Assembly: GCA_028534125.1 (NCBI GenBank)
Contig: CM052817.1
Span: 30,940,001 to 31,004,000 of the forward strand
Reading direction: 5' to 3'
Origin: Lama glama
Lineage: Eukaryota
DNA length: 64,000 nucleotides
A program made the position numbers and the translations under genes. Under the pieces are notes generated by a model. It was not told where the DNA came from. It saw nothing but the letters and a program-made list of their open reading frames with translations, and did no database searches. The stretch's first letter is position 1, and the number at the start of each line of letters is the position of its first letter. Positions 26,744-42,055 of the stretch are shown here, piece by piece.

Positions 26744-27412
26744 CTGTAGATGGATCCTGAAGCAACATGTGATGCCTGTGTAATGCTTCTAAGTATTCTG
26801 ATGATAGAGTGCTTCTAAGCAGCACTCTGTAGCTGTAACTTTGCAAAAGCACCCTTTTCTGTCTTCCCTGTGAGTTAGGTAGCGCAGATTATCGGTCCCA
26901 TTTCCACAGATAGAAACTTGGAAGCGTTCAGCTTTCCCAGTCAGGTCGTGAAAGTCTGTGCGTTCATTTCCCTTCTCTGAAAAGTGAAAATGATAATCAC
27001 TGTTCTTCTTCTCTAGCCTGAGATCATGAGCGCACTGCCCTGCCCTGACTGCTATTCCCAAACATCTACACCAGGCAGCTCCAAAGATAAACTCATATTT
27101 GCCTGTCTTCCTATTTCACAGACATCAGAAAAAAGCCCTCAACATCAATAAAATGGCAGCAAGACCCATGTTTCATCAATGTAACTGCGAAGTTACATGG
27201 AGTAAAAAATCAATTCCAGCAAAACCAGTAATAATCAGAGTTTTTTTTTTCTGTCATGCCCAGACACAATGCAATTTTTAAAACACAGATATTAATGTGC
27301 CCAACATGCCTACCACAATAACTTTTGTGACACCAATCTAGCACTTGGGAGTGAAGGCAGATTAGCTACAGATACAAATGACTGTGAACTGTCAGCTCCA
27401 TGACATCCTACC

Positions 27413-27912
27413 NNNNNNNNNNNNNNNNNNNNNNNNNNNNNNNNNNNNNNNNNNNNNNNNNNNNNNNNNNNNNNNNNNNNNNNNNNNNNNNNNNNNNNNN
27501 NNNNNNNNNNNNNNNNNNNNNNNNNNNNNNNNNNNNNNNNNNNNNNNNNNNNNNNNNNNNNNNNNNNNNNNNNNNNNNNNNNNNNNNNNNNNNNNNNNNN
27601 NNNNNNNNNNNNNNNNNNNNNNNNNNNNNNNNNNNNNNNNNNNNNNNNNNNNNNNNNNNNNNNNNNNNNNNNNNNNNNNNNNNNNNNNNNNNNNNNNNNN
27701 NNNNNNNNNNNNNNNNNNNNNNNNNNNNNNNNNNNNNNNNNNNNNNNNNNNNNNNNNNNNNNNNNNNNNNNNNNNNNNNNNNNNNNNNNNNNNNNNNNNN
27801 NNNNNNNNNNNNNNNNNNNNNNNNNNNNNNNNNNNNNNNNNNNNNNNNNNNNNNNNNNNNNNNNNNNNNNNNNNNNNNNNNNNNNNNNNNNNNNNNNNNN
27901 NNNNNNNNNNNN
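27413..27912. other. Assembly gap (500 N)
   Basis: Run of exactly 500 N, a round number typical of a scaffolding join of unknown size. Confidence 0.99.
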
Positions 27913-29968
27913 AAAATCTGGCTTCAGTGTTTGCTGCTTCTTAGGACATCATGGGCACACAGAGATGCATGGGATAGGAATCCAAGCAGCCTTTAGAATA
28001 AATGTTACAGCAGATTGTGAGCCACTGGAAAGATTAGACCCAGCTGGTTTGCTTACCTGCCTCTGAAATGCACCATTACAAATATCTAATAACCTTGGAA
28101 TGGGAAGGGTCTACAAAGCTACAGGAGAAGAGATATCAATAAATTCCTAATATTTCTGCCCTCATGTGGAAGGAGGGGGAGGAATTGGAGAGTAGCAAAC
28201 TACTAAGCTTATTTCAGTAGGTCAGTTGAAATGTCAGTTATGAGCGTAACCAATCAGTTGCCAGTAATGACTGACGTAAACAGGAAGGGAACACACTGGC
28301 TCTTATAACGGGATTGGCCACTCTCCACTGAGCATTTGTTTACCCACAGCTCAAAGAGAGAAGGAAATCTTCTCTCCTCCAACTTTTGAATACAAGTCCT
28401 AGTTTTCTCTAGCAATGGACCAACTTGGGTCACATGCCTATTTCCAAGCAATTAATTTGGTCTCAGAATTGCTATGACCTAATTGTTGTGGACCTGGGTG
28501 ATTACCTAACCCTGAGCCAGTCACCATAGCAAAGGGGATGGTATTTTAACAATTGCCTAAAGCCCATCAAGCCCCACACTGTGAGACTTGCCATGAGGCT
28601 GTGGCTGCCCCACAAAGGGAAACCCATTTACTGATGCCCACTCATGGATTAGCAGCTTAAATCCGTTTTCTCAAGCACAGCTCTGTACAACTTTAGACAA
28701 TCCTCCTGGCTCTATTCAGCACAGCGGGGAGTAATTTTTATTTCCAGATTAGAAAATGCATCCAATATAGAGTGTTTCAAATAGCGAAGAGAAACACTAA
28801 CATCCAGATCCTTCTACATTTGTACTAGCCACATGCATCTTTATCCACCAACATCAACTTGATTTTATCTGCACTTTCTGCACCACTAAGAAGTCCTCAG
28901 GGGCCGAGAGGAAATTCTGAGAGCTTCTAGGTAGTTATTGTTGCTAGGAAACCATATCCTTGGCATCCAAGTGTTTGGGCTTTGTGAAGACACTGTGTGA
29001 AGTCCCTGGTTCATAAAGGAAATCTTTGGTAAACAGGTTGTTTTGGTGTGAGTAAATTGATATTCGCTCTCTGTGGCAAAATGTTCTCGTGTAATCTTTG
29101 AACAATAGTTTATTTCCAGGCCACTGTTCTTTCCTTTGGGCCCAGCAGCCATTATTGTTCCCACGACAACTCACACGTCTACCTGAAATGGAGTGAACAT
29201 TCTTTTTCCCTCCCAAATCAACTATAATTTTCTCAGTGCCTTGAACTCTGAGTCTAACGGGTTTTAGTTAAACAAAGTGCAAGCGAGCTTGGGAATACAG
29301 ACCCAGACCACTGATCATAGAAACTGTTAAAAACTGTTAAAATTCACTTTGATGGATAGCCATATTCCAGCTCTTTTATTGTGCAAGGCATCAAAGTGTT
29401 CCGCTGCTCCACCGAAGCAGAAGACAGTGAGAAGTGGTGTTTGGGCTCACCCTCTGTCCTGTCTCGTCTCAACACCAAACTGCAAACCATCCCTGGTCCC
29501 TCAACTCTAGTTATTGCTTACATGTTTTTCCCCTGGAAGTCTGTAATTCGAAGATCATCTTGAGGCTGTAATTTATCACCTCATCAGTCAGTGAGCCTAA
29601 AACGAATAAGCAGCTTTTTCCATTTCCTTGGTGCCCAGACCCCCTGTAAGTCCCCTAAGAGCAGAACCATCTTAGTCAAGGAGGAAATCTAGCTCAAGAA
29701 TGCTACCAAATAAGTCACCTCTGTCAGGTTACAGTCTGAGACAGAAAACTTAGAAGCAGCAAACAACAGTCACGAATGCATTTATTCAGAAACATGTATT
29801 GGATACATAACTGTGCACAGAATCTGCTCCAGGCATCAGAAATATTTTTAATGAATAAAAAAAAGTCTTTGCTTTCAAAAAGTGTATAATATAATGAGAG
29901 ATGTAGGAGGTAAGAGGCAGAGATAAACACAGAGCCATGTAAATAGATGAAGTATTTGCACCGTAAGA

Positions 29969-31020
29969 TGTACTGTGAGCTGACAGGATCCCATCAGGAA
30001 AGCAGAAACCACACAAGTTTTTTCGAAAAGGGAATTTAATAGAGAGAATTGGTTACAAGGATGGACAAGCTGGAAAAGCAAAGAAGAGGAGGGAAAAAGG
30101 ATGCTAAAGGAACAAAAGCCAGAAGCTGCTAATACTCCTGCGCAAGGGCCCGTGCGTCCGAATCTGTTAGATCTTGTAGAAATGCTGTTCTAATTGTTTG
30201 CAGAGTCACCGGAAGAGGTGCTGTGAGAGTCTGGAACCACCCACTTGCCCCGGCAGCAGTCACCAGCGACAGTGGCACTACCACAGTGCCAGAGGCAGAA
30301 TTGAGGGCCTTCCCCCAGCCCTTCTACCTTCTCATCTTCATCCCTTTCTTCCTAGGGGCAGCATCTAGCAGGAAGCCAGGGAGACGGGGAGCCCAGCCCC
30401 AGCGGTACAGAGCAGAGTGTAGAAAGCGGGATAAGATGCACAGAAACAGCACATGGAGGACTGGCACTCAGAGGTTTTAACGAAAAGCTCTGGTAATCCT
30501 AAATTTGGAGCAAAATAATTCTTCTCTAGAAGAGAAAGAGTCTATCAGTCTGGATGCTGCTGCAGATAGCAGAAGCCCTCTTGGCTAACTTAAGCAAGAA
30601 GAGATTTAATAGAAGGAAGCGATGCTCACAAAATTAAAAGACTGAAGTTGTAGGCTCTAGGCTGGGCAGCTAGAACTAACTGCCAGCACCACAGTGCAGA
30701 CTGGCCCTCCAAGGGGCTGGTGGCTTCACCACCGTCAGGAAGCTGGTAACAAGTAGCCCCTGCCATCATGTGGACTCCAGGACCACAGAAAGCTAAAACC
30801 AGAATTCCTGGTTCCAGAGCCATCTGTACTGAATGAGATGCGTCAGCACAGTGAGAGCCTCAAATATCACCTTTAACATCACTGAGCTTGATCTAATGCA
30901 GGGAGCCTAGGTCACACCCACAACCTCAGTGGCAAAGGAATCTGAGAAATGTCGTTTTAGCTCGCCTATAGATTAGAACACGTGCTCAAGAAAGCCAGTC
31001 CACGCAGTACCTGTCACAGA
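29969..31020 (-). mobile_element. Two adjacent old ERVL/MaLR-like LTR remnants
   Basis: caggaaagcagaaaccacac...gggaatttaatagagagaattggttaca, and ggatgctgctgcagatagcagaagccctcttggctaacttaagcaagaag. Confidence 0.45.
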
Positions 31021-31229
31021 AGGATTTCAAAAGAAATTTTGTGGTAAAATATGTAACATTTTGCATGAATTATTCACGCTCCTGGAGGGCAGGAACCATG
31101 TCAGCTTTACTCACCCCAGTAGCCACAGGACTCTTCCGCCCCCAGCACACAGTCAGCCCTCAGTAAATACCTGCTCGTTTAATGAGTAAGACACACACAC
31201 ATGGGTTAGTGCCTGATCGTCAAGTTAAG

Positions 31230-33300
31230 TAGCACAAAGCTATGAGTCTTATTTTTCAGAGCTGTCTTGGATTTTCTGATTTGTTTTTTTCTAACTTTAG
31301 AATCACTTTGTCTAGTTCCCCAAAGCATGAAAACACATTGGTGCTATTAGACAATCACACTAAAGTAAATAAACGTATGATGTTGAGTCTTATTCAAAGC
31401 ATGGTATGTCTTTTCATTTGTTCAAGGCTTCTTTGGTGCCTTTCAAAGGTGTTTCAAATGTCGCTTCATGTGTCTTGCCTGTTTCTAAGTTTATTACTAG
31501 ATATTTCTTGTCTCTATTTTTAAAGAGGCCTTTTTCTTCCATTGTATGTTATAAACGTATATAAAATACATGCTTTTATATACGAAAGCTACCCATTCCT
31601 ATAGAGTAATTTTGTACCCCACAATCATACTAAATTCTATTGTTTGTAATAATCGTTCAGTTAATTCTTTAGGGTTTACTGGATATACAATTGCATAATT
31701 ACTAAATCTTAATAGTTTAACCAGCAGTTTTCCAACTTTATAATTCAATTTTCTTTCTCTTGTCTAAAGCATTGGTTGGCATTTCCAGAATAATGTTAAA
31801 AACAATAGCAATGGTAGTGGACACTCTTATCTTGCTCCTAACTTTCATGGGACTGTTCTACTGTTTCTACAATAGGCATGATGCTGGCTTTGAGGCTGAG
31901 ATAGATGTATCTTATCATGTTAAGGAGCTATTCATCTATTCATATTTCTTGAGTAACATTATTCGTTTTGTTAAAAAAAACAGAATGGCTATTAAATTTT
32001 GTCAAATACCTTTTAGCAGCCGTGTAAATAATTGTATATTTTTTCCTCCTTAGATCTGTTAATATAATGAAGTATCTTAGCAGATTTTCTAATGTTGAAC
32101 CATGCGTACTCTTAGAATAAACCCCACTCATTATGCTTTGCTGTTTAATGTACTGCTGGGTTTTGTTTGCCTAATACACTCTGCTTACTTTGTGAACATA
32201 ATTTGAAAGTTTTCATTCTTAGGCTATACTTTGGAACTGTTTAAGCAGAAATAGCATTATCAGTTTTTAAATGTTTGAGTCTAGTGTTTGTCTGTAGGGA
32301 GTAACATCAAGCTATTTTGATCTTCCATCCCTCCTGATTTGGGGTTTCGTAAATGCTTGGAAATTACCCATTTCATTCAGATTTTCAAATTTGTTGCATA
32401 GACTTGAGCAAAGCAGTCGTATAATTCTTCACAGCTCCCCTGTTTCCACAGTGCCTTCTCCTATGATGTCTTAGTTATCCATCCTGATTCACTGGTTTGA
32501 TCGGTGTCTTCTGTAGAAGAGTTTCCTCAAACAGGTCCCTGGGTGATATGTTCTCTGATCTTTATGTATCTTCTCTGGAAAGAGGCAGTATCTGGGCAGG
32601 GAATGGGGCTCTTGAGTTTCTGAGTTGCTGTCCTTTTGCCTTCTTGCCAGATGTTCTGTATTGTTATTCTACAATCCTTTCCTTTCTAGAGCTGCACATC
32701 AGAAATCCAATACTTTTTCCTGTGAAAATATCTTGTACTCTCTGTCTGGAAGGTTGTAAGATTATTTTTTTACCCTTGGAGTTCAGGAATGATATCAGGA
32801 TTACCTAACATAAAGAGCCTTCAATATGCAAAATAGTTGGTGTATTAAATTCAGGGATGTTTGTTTTTTCTTTACGTGTGTTATTTGTGGCTCTTCTTGT
32901 TCTTTCAAGAGCGCCCACTCTTCATGTATTAGCTCTCCGAGATGAGTCTTTCAAGGCCCTTGTATTTTCTCCATGCTTTCCAAATCTCTCTAATTTTGTC
33001 TTCCAAGCCTCTAATCTGGCCTCATCAGTGACCATCTTCTCAACTTATCTAACACTTTTTTAAATTAAAAACTATGGGTTTTAGAACAAGGAAGTAAGGA
33101 ATTTTTTCGTGTTGTACCAAATATTCTTGTGTATTCCTATATTTTGAATAAGGTGGGAAATGAAATCCGCTGCTTCCACCACTTCTCGCAAGGGACCATT
33201 TATTCTGGATGTTCTGCTCTTTTCCTTCTCTAGGATGACGGGTTTTTCGTATAAATGTTATTGTTTTTCTTGCACATCTCTTTACATTTGAGCCCAGCTG
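31230..33300 (-). mobile_element. Ancient L1ME-like LINE-1 fragments
   Basis: T-rich diverged antisense L1 sequence (tttccagaataatgttaaa...gacactcttatcttgctcctaactt; gctattaaattttgtcaaatacctttt). Confidence 0.65.
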
Positions 33301-33946
33301 CCAGAGCATCCTAAATGGAAACAGCGTTCTAGGTGGAAAGCGTGGTGGGCTCCAGGCAAGTTGGCATTCCCCTGCTGGTGCACCAGGAGGTAGCCTCTCT
33401 CTCCTCTCTCCCTCTTTCTCTTTCAGACACTCAGCCCACTTTTTCGACTTTCCTACATCTCATTAAGGGGCTGGAAAAAAACAGCAGTTCCTCCAGATAG
33501 TCACACAAGTGGTAGCAACCTTCATTTAATAGGCTCCCCAAATCCCTGAACCCAGCTTTCTTCCGTAATCTCTCTGTTCTAATCCCCATCCAGGGACCCC
33601 ATGCCAAGTCCCCAGGTTCTCTCTTTTTCCTGAGGGGGAAAAATCCCATGACATCACTGTCTACTAGATCCAGACAAAGCCGAGATCTCAGTCCCCAGAT
33701 CTTACTTCATGCTGAGCTTAGAAGTTCACAGTTGAATCAGAAGTGGAAGGGAGGGCATCAGGGTTGAATTCAAGCTGTCTTGTTGCCACTGGCCATTTCC
33801 CTTCGGGAAGGAGGTTCTTGTTCTAGAACCTATAAATGGGCTACAAGGGAATCCATGATGTTCTACAATTATCATCAAATTGTATTTATTTATCTATCTG
33901 CACCTATGTATTATTTGTTTATCTTTCTGTAGAATTTTTTCAGAAG

Positions 33947-35068
33947 TTGTTTTTTAAGAATATTTTTAAAGCTGTTGTAGGTTCACAGCAAAATTGAGGG
34001 GAAAATACAGAGATTTCCCATATACCCCCTTGCCCCCACACTTGCATAGCCCCCCATGCTATCAGCGTCCCCCACCAAAGTGGTGCATTTGTTACAACTG
34101 ATGAACCTACACAGACACATCGTTATCATCCAGAGTCCCTAGTTTACTTCAGGGCTCACTCTTGGTGCTGTCCGTTCTGTGGGTTTAGATAAATGCATGA
34201 TGACATGTACCCAACACTGTGGTGTCACACAGAGTATTTTCATTGCTCTCCAAAGACCTTCTGTGCTCTGTCTATTTATCCCTCCCATCCCCTCAACCCC
34301 TGGCCACCACTGATATTACTGTCTCCACAGGTTTGCCTTTGCCAGAATGTCACAGAGCTGGAATCATACAGTATGTAGCCATCTCAGGTTGACTTTTCCA
34401 ATTAGTAATATATATTTAAGTTTCCCCCATGTCTTTTCTTGGCTTGATAGCTCATTTCTTTTCATCATGAGTAATATGCCATTGCCTAGGTGTACCACAG
34501 TTTATCAAAAGACCAAAGGACATGTTGGTTGCTCCCAAGTTTGGGCAATTATAAATAAAACTGCTGTAAACACCTGTGTACAGGTATTTGTGTGGACATA
34601 AGTTTTCATTTCATTGAGGTAAAAACCAAGGAACATGACTGCTAGATCATATGATTATAGTACATTTAGCTTTGTGAGAAACTGCAAACTGGCTGTACTG
34701 TTTTGTATTCCCACCAGCAATGAATGAGAGTTCTTACTGCTCCACATCCTCTCCAGCATTTAGTGGTGTCAGTATTCCAGACTTTTGACCATTCTCATAG
34801 GTGTGTAGTAGTATCACACGATTGTTTTAATTTGTGTTTCTCTAACAACATATCACGTGGAGCATCTTTTCATGTGCTTATTTGCTATCTGTAGATCTCC
34901 CTTGGTGAGATGTCTGCTAAGGTCTTTGCCCATTTTTTAATCAGATTTTTTGGGTTTTTTACTGCCAAGTTTTAAGATCTTTCATATTTTGGATAACAGT
35001 CCTTTTACAGTTGTGTCTTTTGCATATATTTTCACCCAGTGTGTGACTTGTCTTCTCATTCTCTTGAG
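33947..35068 (-). mobile_element. L1MC1-like LINE-1 3' fragment (about 1.1 kb)
   Basis: taggttcacagcaaaattgag...cagagatttcccatatacccc...ggaatcatacagtatgtagcc; flanked by ttcagaag at 33939-33946 and 35069-35076 (candidate TSD). Confidence 0.85.
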
Positions 35069-36629
35069 TTCAGAAGGTCCTATCAGATTCTCAAAGAGAT
35101 GCTAAGAATTACAGCCTTACAGAACCATGCTCAAATACAGAGCCCCCAATACACCAGTTAGTTCCATGTAGATTGCTCTGAGTCCACTGGGCAAAGCAGG
35201 TCTCACAGCCTCTCAGACCCTGAAGATTATACCCAGAAATAAATATCTTCTATTTCTATGTCCACACTTGGGTCATTGTAAAATGGGTTACTGACTATGA
35301 AAGATTACCCTTTGAAGAAAGGGCAAGTTCTTGGACCTAAGAGAGAAATGGTTTAAAGAGAAATAAAATAAAACAAATTGAAATATATTACAGTAAATAA
35401 TAACCTCTATACGGCAAAAGTAACAAATATAAAACAATTGTGAATTCAATGAGTTCAGGGATAAGAATTCTAAAAAGAGCTTTCTGAAAAGAAGTTAGAA
35501 ATGTTTAAAGCCATAAAGTTAAAACAGTTTTATTTCCCCTCAAAAAAAAAAAGGAAGAATAACTTAAATTTTCTCACATTCTTGCAAGGATATGTTGATA
35601 GTGATCCATTGGCACTTGGCATTCAACTTCTAAATTTTAAATATATTGTTTTTTATCTCTTGAGAAAACATTTCTCGCTTTAATCAAAAGTAGGTCAGCA
35701 AAATGTCTACTACATTATATGGTTACTTTTGAAACACAAGCCTTAGTATTTCTAATGGGAAAAGATTTGATGCTTTTTATTTGAGGTGAATATAAATAGA
35801 AAATAACCTTAGAAAAACCTTTTTGTATCTAGCAGAAAGTTACAAATGTAGTGTTCTATATGTCTTAAATGATTTTTAGATTTTTTTAAATATATCAATA
35901 CATTGTTTTTATGCAAGCTGCCCTAATATATGACCATAACTCAGTTAGACCACTGGCAAGTAGGAACAGAAGTGGAAAGGGAAATAGATTTCAGGACAGA
36001 CCCTTCTACAATCTTCTACTCATTCCCCTTAAATCACTTAAAGCTCATTCTCACATGAAGATAGCTTCAAAAGTTCATGTAGTTTCTAAAATTTTCACCT
36101 ATACTGTAGCTATAATCAAAGGATATAAATAGAAGCTTGCCTAATTTTCTAAAAAAAAAAAAAGGACACTTCCTTTTTGAACATCGATCATTTAATGGGT
36201 ATGTACAAAATTGGACTTTCATTATACTCCATCCCTTTACCTCTTCTGTTTCCCTTTTAACAAATATGTGCTCAATTATTATACTTGTTGCTGTTAAATA
36301 ATGCATAGTCAAAATCTGTGCCCAGGCACCTGGAATCTAGGCATTCCCTAATTTAATCAAAGAGTGCCCGTTGGTAGACACAATGAATAAATATGCAGTG
36401 ATGTCAGGAATCACTGAATGATCGATCACATAGCATATGCTCATTAAAGTAAGGTGTCCATCTTCTCAACGCAGCCACAACCAACCATCAGAAATAGCAC
36501 ACAACACAAAACCTCTTACGTCATCCTGATTTACAGCAATAGCATCTTACCATCAGTTGCTGGGGATTTTCTCTTCAGATCTCAAACTGTCTTCAAAATG
36601 AATTTCTAGGCCAACTGAGCTCCATTTAA

Positions 36630-36815
<186 letters not shown>

Positions 36816-36828
36816 TAGGGGATGCTGA

Positions 36829-37080
<252 letters not shown>

Positions 37081-38069
37081 TAGCTTCAAACAACCACCAG
37101 GGATAGAATTACAGGCAAGGGCTTGGGCAAGGGCTGCTCTCATAAGTAGCCAAAGAATGAGATTACCGTGAGAGTGCTTGTTAATAAAACATCTAAGTAT
37201 AAGCACTTACAGAGTGAATGTTTTACAACATAATATCTTTTTATAATTTTACCAAAGTAAAAAAAAAAATCCTGGAGTACATTCAACACTATAATAAATG
37301 CTTCTTAGAGCATATTTTAAAATTCTCATTACATTAATTTTTACTAACTTTGTGATTTCTTCTTTGGTTCCTGCTTTTTACAGTGGAGAACATTATTGCA
37401 TTATTCTCAAATGGATTTGGAGACAGCTGAACCTTGTAACTATTAACAAGCTATATCAATTGTTGTGAAATACTATCTTTTGAAAATTAACTATAGTTCA
37501 ATTGTATCGATCTTAGTATCTCTTAAATGGAGCTCCTTGCCCTTGAATAAGGCACAGACAATTCAGCTGTATTCGTGATCTGTGGTCAGGACAGAATAAA
37601 AATGATTTCTTTCCTGAGGGAACAAAATTCAGAATTAATCTTGCCATGATTGAGTAATTGCTGCAAGTGGGAAGGCTGTATTTGAGACTTTAAAGATTCC
37701 TTAGAAATTTAGAATTTGTAAGGTCTGTCTAATGAATCTGGATACATGTGGGTCTGCCTCATTGTTTGATCCTACAGCCATTTCAGTTATCACCTTCTGG
37801 GGCTTATTCACACACACACACACACCCACACACCCCATACACACAAGAGCATCATTCATGAATAAGCTAGCATATACACCTCTTTTCTTCTGAGACTACA
37901 GAGCTGGATTAGATGATCAGCATACCCTTTCATACCTAGACTAACCATCAACTGTAAAGCTCATTTCTATTGGTTGCGCACATAAGCTTTACAATGTCAA
38001 GTTCTGGCAGCTCTTTATTAACCTTTGAACATTCCAAGACTACAGAAAGTAAACAAATAGTTTATCACA

Positions 38070-38117
38070 TCATATATATATATGATGTGATAAATATATA
38101 TATATATATATATATAT
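38070..38117. repeat. (TA)n microsatellite in intron 7
   Basis: Directly visible. A short (TTTGG)n array is also present at about 38695-38722. Confidence 0.9.
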
Positions 38118-39936
38118 GTCTGCACATATTATTTGAATACGAACATGAATGTGTATATATGCTATTGTTAAACAAAAAACACTGGACAATGCCCACAGTA
38201 GGGAAGAAGAACTATCAAGATCATGAATTGTGGTTCTCTTTACACTTCTATCCTCAGAGCTAATGCTATTTTGATTAGACATGTCAGCACAGTTGCTGAA
38301 TAAACCTGGTCTCTGAAATGCAAAACCTAAGATATTTTAAAACTTATCTAAGTAAATGAGACATTTATTTTCTAGCTCTTCTTGCTTAAAAAATTTAAAC
38401 CAAGGAGTAGATGCAGAAGTGGAATAAGTGGATTTTAGATGAATTGTTTCTGTACAGGACGTGAGGTAGAATTGTATTAGGGGAAATTTTAAATTTTATT
38501 CAAAGAAGTAAATAGGGGCACTCATGAAGCATTTCTTATCGGTCCAGCGTATTTAAACTCATCACTGACCTGAACCATTGTGACTTCTGTATGGTAGTTC
38601 TGACTTCCTACTTTACCTGTTCTCCTAAAGTTGAGTAGTCAAATCAGGAAATCTAAATAGAATAATCTGACTGGCAAATGAGGGCTAAACTGTTGTTTGT
38701 TTGGTTTGGTTTGGTTTGGTTTTTTTTCCCCTTTTCATTTTCTAACTTCTATTCCCTTTGCCAGTTTTCCTTTGTCTTTAATAATCATTTCACATTTCCT
38801 GACTTTATTTTTAAGGAACCTCATCAAGTTTTAGATTTTACTTTTCATCTCTCTGCTTTTATTTTTAATGCCTTTGCTTAACGCCTCCTTACTTTTTTAT
38901 CTCTAGCTGATCTACTGCAAAATAACTAATCTCAGAGTTTTTGTTACTCAGCTATAAGATGAGAATAATGTACCTGCCCTATTGTACTGAGCAGGCTGTT
39001 ATGACATATAATAATATGTTATATAATTCATAGCTGTAAGTGTTTGAAGCTGTAAAAACACTATACAAATGTGTAATATTTACATTACAACATAGTTTAG
39101 TATTAGATATTAACATCGCTTCTTTTTTTCCCAATTACCATTTCATTGTCACCAACATAAACACAAAATATTATACAGACCCACAAACATTATTGTTAAG
39201 GATGCTATATTTAACAAAGTAGAATCTTCCTTTTAAAAGATTACAGTCTTAAATTTCTTTAACAAGTTGAATTTTCAGGAAGTCTTTTCCTGACTCCAAG
39301 GAACTAATTCATTCTATTCTCCAAAATCAAGAAACTAGAGGTAATATTTGAAAAAAAAAACAATAAAATTATATTTAAAAATACATATATCAAATACTTG
39401 ATGCAAATCATGAACTTTCTTATTTGTTTCTTCTTTTCATGTTGACTCATCATGAATGATGCATTGTGATTTTAAAAGGTGATACTGACCCTATGACCTG
39501 GGTATATTACAGGTTCATGCAATAAAATAGGTCTCCTCAAACTGGTCACCAACGTTCAGTTCGGTAGTGGCTGCTGTGGAAATGAGTATTACAAGGACAG
39601 ATTTAGGAGAGACGTGAGGGAGATGTTGAGAGAAGGAAGAAGAAGGAAGTGGCATGTAACAGAATGAGAGACATTTGATAGTAAGCAGTGGGCAAATCAG
39701 TGAGATTTTTAGATGCCTTTCCATCTACTTTCCTTTTTCCTTTGTGCATTATTTTTTATAAAACAGTTCTCAACCCAGCACAGAGCATCCTATTTTGTGA
39801 TTTGCTCATGAACTCCATTGGCAGCCTGCAGCTTTGTCTTTCAAAATGTCTACCCTTTCTGCCCCGTGGTTTATTGCATTACTGCCGTCACTTGGGGGTA
39901 CCAACAAGAGAATGGCATCTATCCCCTCAGCCTTAA

Positions 39937-40242
<306 letters not shown>

Positions 40243-40549
40243 TAAATACTCCTGACAATGGTCTTCTGAAATTTAGCAGCAGCATGGTGCTCAGAGCTCC
40301 CATAACAGAAAAAAAAAAACTGTGAAATGTTCATTTATCTTGAATAAGGCTGAAATACCCTTCACTTTACATATTTGGAAATTGATGTTGAAGATTATGC
40401 AGATTAATAATCCACATAGGCCTGCAGCCTAACGCCAAGCCCATCACATTCTAAACTGTATAGCTGTGGGGCTGTGTGCAAAAGAATAATTCCAGATCTA
40501 CTTAATCGATAAATGAGGAAACTAAAGTGAACAAACTCTTACTCCAAAT

Positions 40550-40840
40550 GGCAGTGAGGCACTAGAGCACAGTGGTTACAATCACAGACTGGAACCAAAC
40601 TGCATGGGTTCAATCCCCAGCTCTGCCACTTCCAGGCTTTAAAATTTCAGGCAGATCGACCTGTGCAATTTCTTATCTAACCTTTGCTCTCAGTGTCATC
40701 GTCCATAAAATGGAGATTTTCATAGTATATCTATCTCTCAGTTACTGTAAAGACTAAATGAGTTGTGTCATTTTTTTCAAGCCTAGTATTTGGAACAATA
40801 CGTAGAACACAGTAAGTACTCAATAAATATTAGCTATTAT
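40550..40840 (+). mobile_element. MIR SINE
   Basis: gcacagtggtta...tgggttcaatccccagctctgccactt...agtaagtactcaataaatattagctattatt. Confidence 0.8.
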
Positions 40841-41859
40841 TATATACAAGACATTGTCACCGTTTCCCCTTTGCTTTTCATTAGTAGATCTTATGACCTG
40901 TGCTCTCACTGTGGAATTAAATTTGAAGTAATACTTCATTTATTCTTTTTAAATGTTTCTGTAGCTTCTGCCTCTATGCTATTTTTCACTGAAATCAATT
41001 TACAATTGTGTGCATGGAAATACTGTACCCATGACAAGTTGTTTTCAAGATGGCACTCAGGGTGACAACTCAAAAAACCATTCACTGTTCTGAGCATTGA
41101 CAGCTCTGCTCTGAATGAGACAAAGTTCCTTGCCCTCGTGGAGTTTAGGTTCTAATGTGGGAAGACAGGCAGTAAACAGACAAGCAAGTATGAAGAGGAC
41201 CATTTCAGGTAATAGGACGTGCTATGAAGAAAGCAAAACAGAGTGATGGGCAAGAGAATGTTTTGGGTCAGATTCGAGGGAACAGGAGACTTGGACCCGG
41301 TGATCAGGAAGACCCATCTGAGAAGCTGCCGTTTGACCTGACATCTAAGTGATGAGCAGCAGCAGCCGTGCCGTGTCCATTCTAGGCAAAGGAAGTAAGA
41401 AGCACAAAGGGTCTGGGGTGGGAATCGCTTGACACATCAAAGTACTGAGAGAAGGTCTGCGTAGCAAGAGCGTAGTGAGTGAGGGAGAAAGCAGAGTAGG
41501 ATGAGATGTGGTTGGAGAATCAGGCAGGAGCCAGACTGTGAGTCTTCAAGGTGTATCTTCATGCTCTTTAGTGGGTCATCACATTTGGACAAAGAACTGT
41601 CAGGTAATTAGAAACTATAAACAAAGGAAACATACAGATTCAGCCAAACGGTCAAAATTCAAAGCAACACACTCAAATAAATGTTTACTCTTGTGTAAAA
41701 CTCTATCCTCGATACTACGGGGGAAGGAGGAGGCATGATGCTTACCCTTGAGAATCTTCTGGTCTTGTCAAGATAGAAAATTATGATTGGATTTTAGAAT
41801 AATTCAGGGTAGCATTTATCCCGAGGACTATATCCAAAAGGAAGAAGCTTCCTGTTATC

Positions 41860-42055
41860 ATGATCCTAACGTGTAGTAAAGTTACATAGAACTATACACA
41901 CTTTATACCAATATAAGTTTCCTGGTTTTGATATTGTACAACAGTTAAGATGTAATCAATGGGAGAAACTGCATAAAGGTACATGGAACCTCTCTGTTCT
42001 ATCTTCGCAACTTTCTAGGAATTGACGATAATTTCAAAATGAAAAGTTTAAAATA
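41860..42055 (+). mobile_element. L1MC 3' end fragment
   Basis: tttcctggttttgatattgtac...gggagaaactg...ggaacctctctgttctatcttcgcaactttc...ataatttcaaaatgaaaagttt. Confidence 0.75.

Noticed and set aside
27378..27996. 188-aa and 198-aa ORFs
   Set aside because: Artefacts of translating through the N gap.
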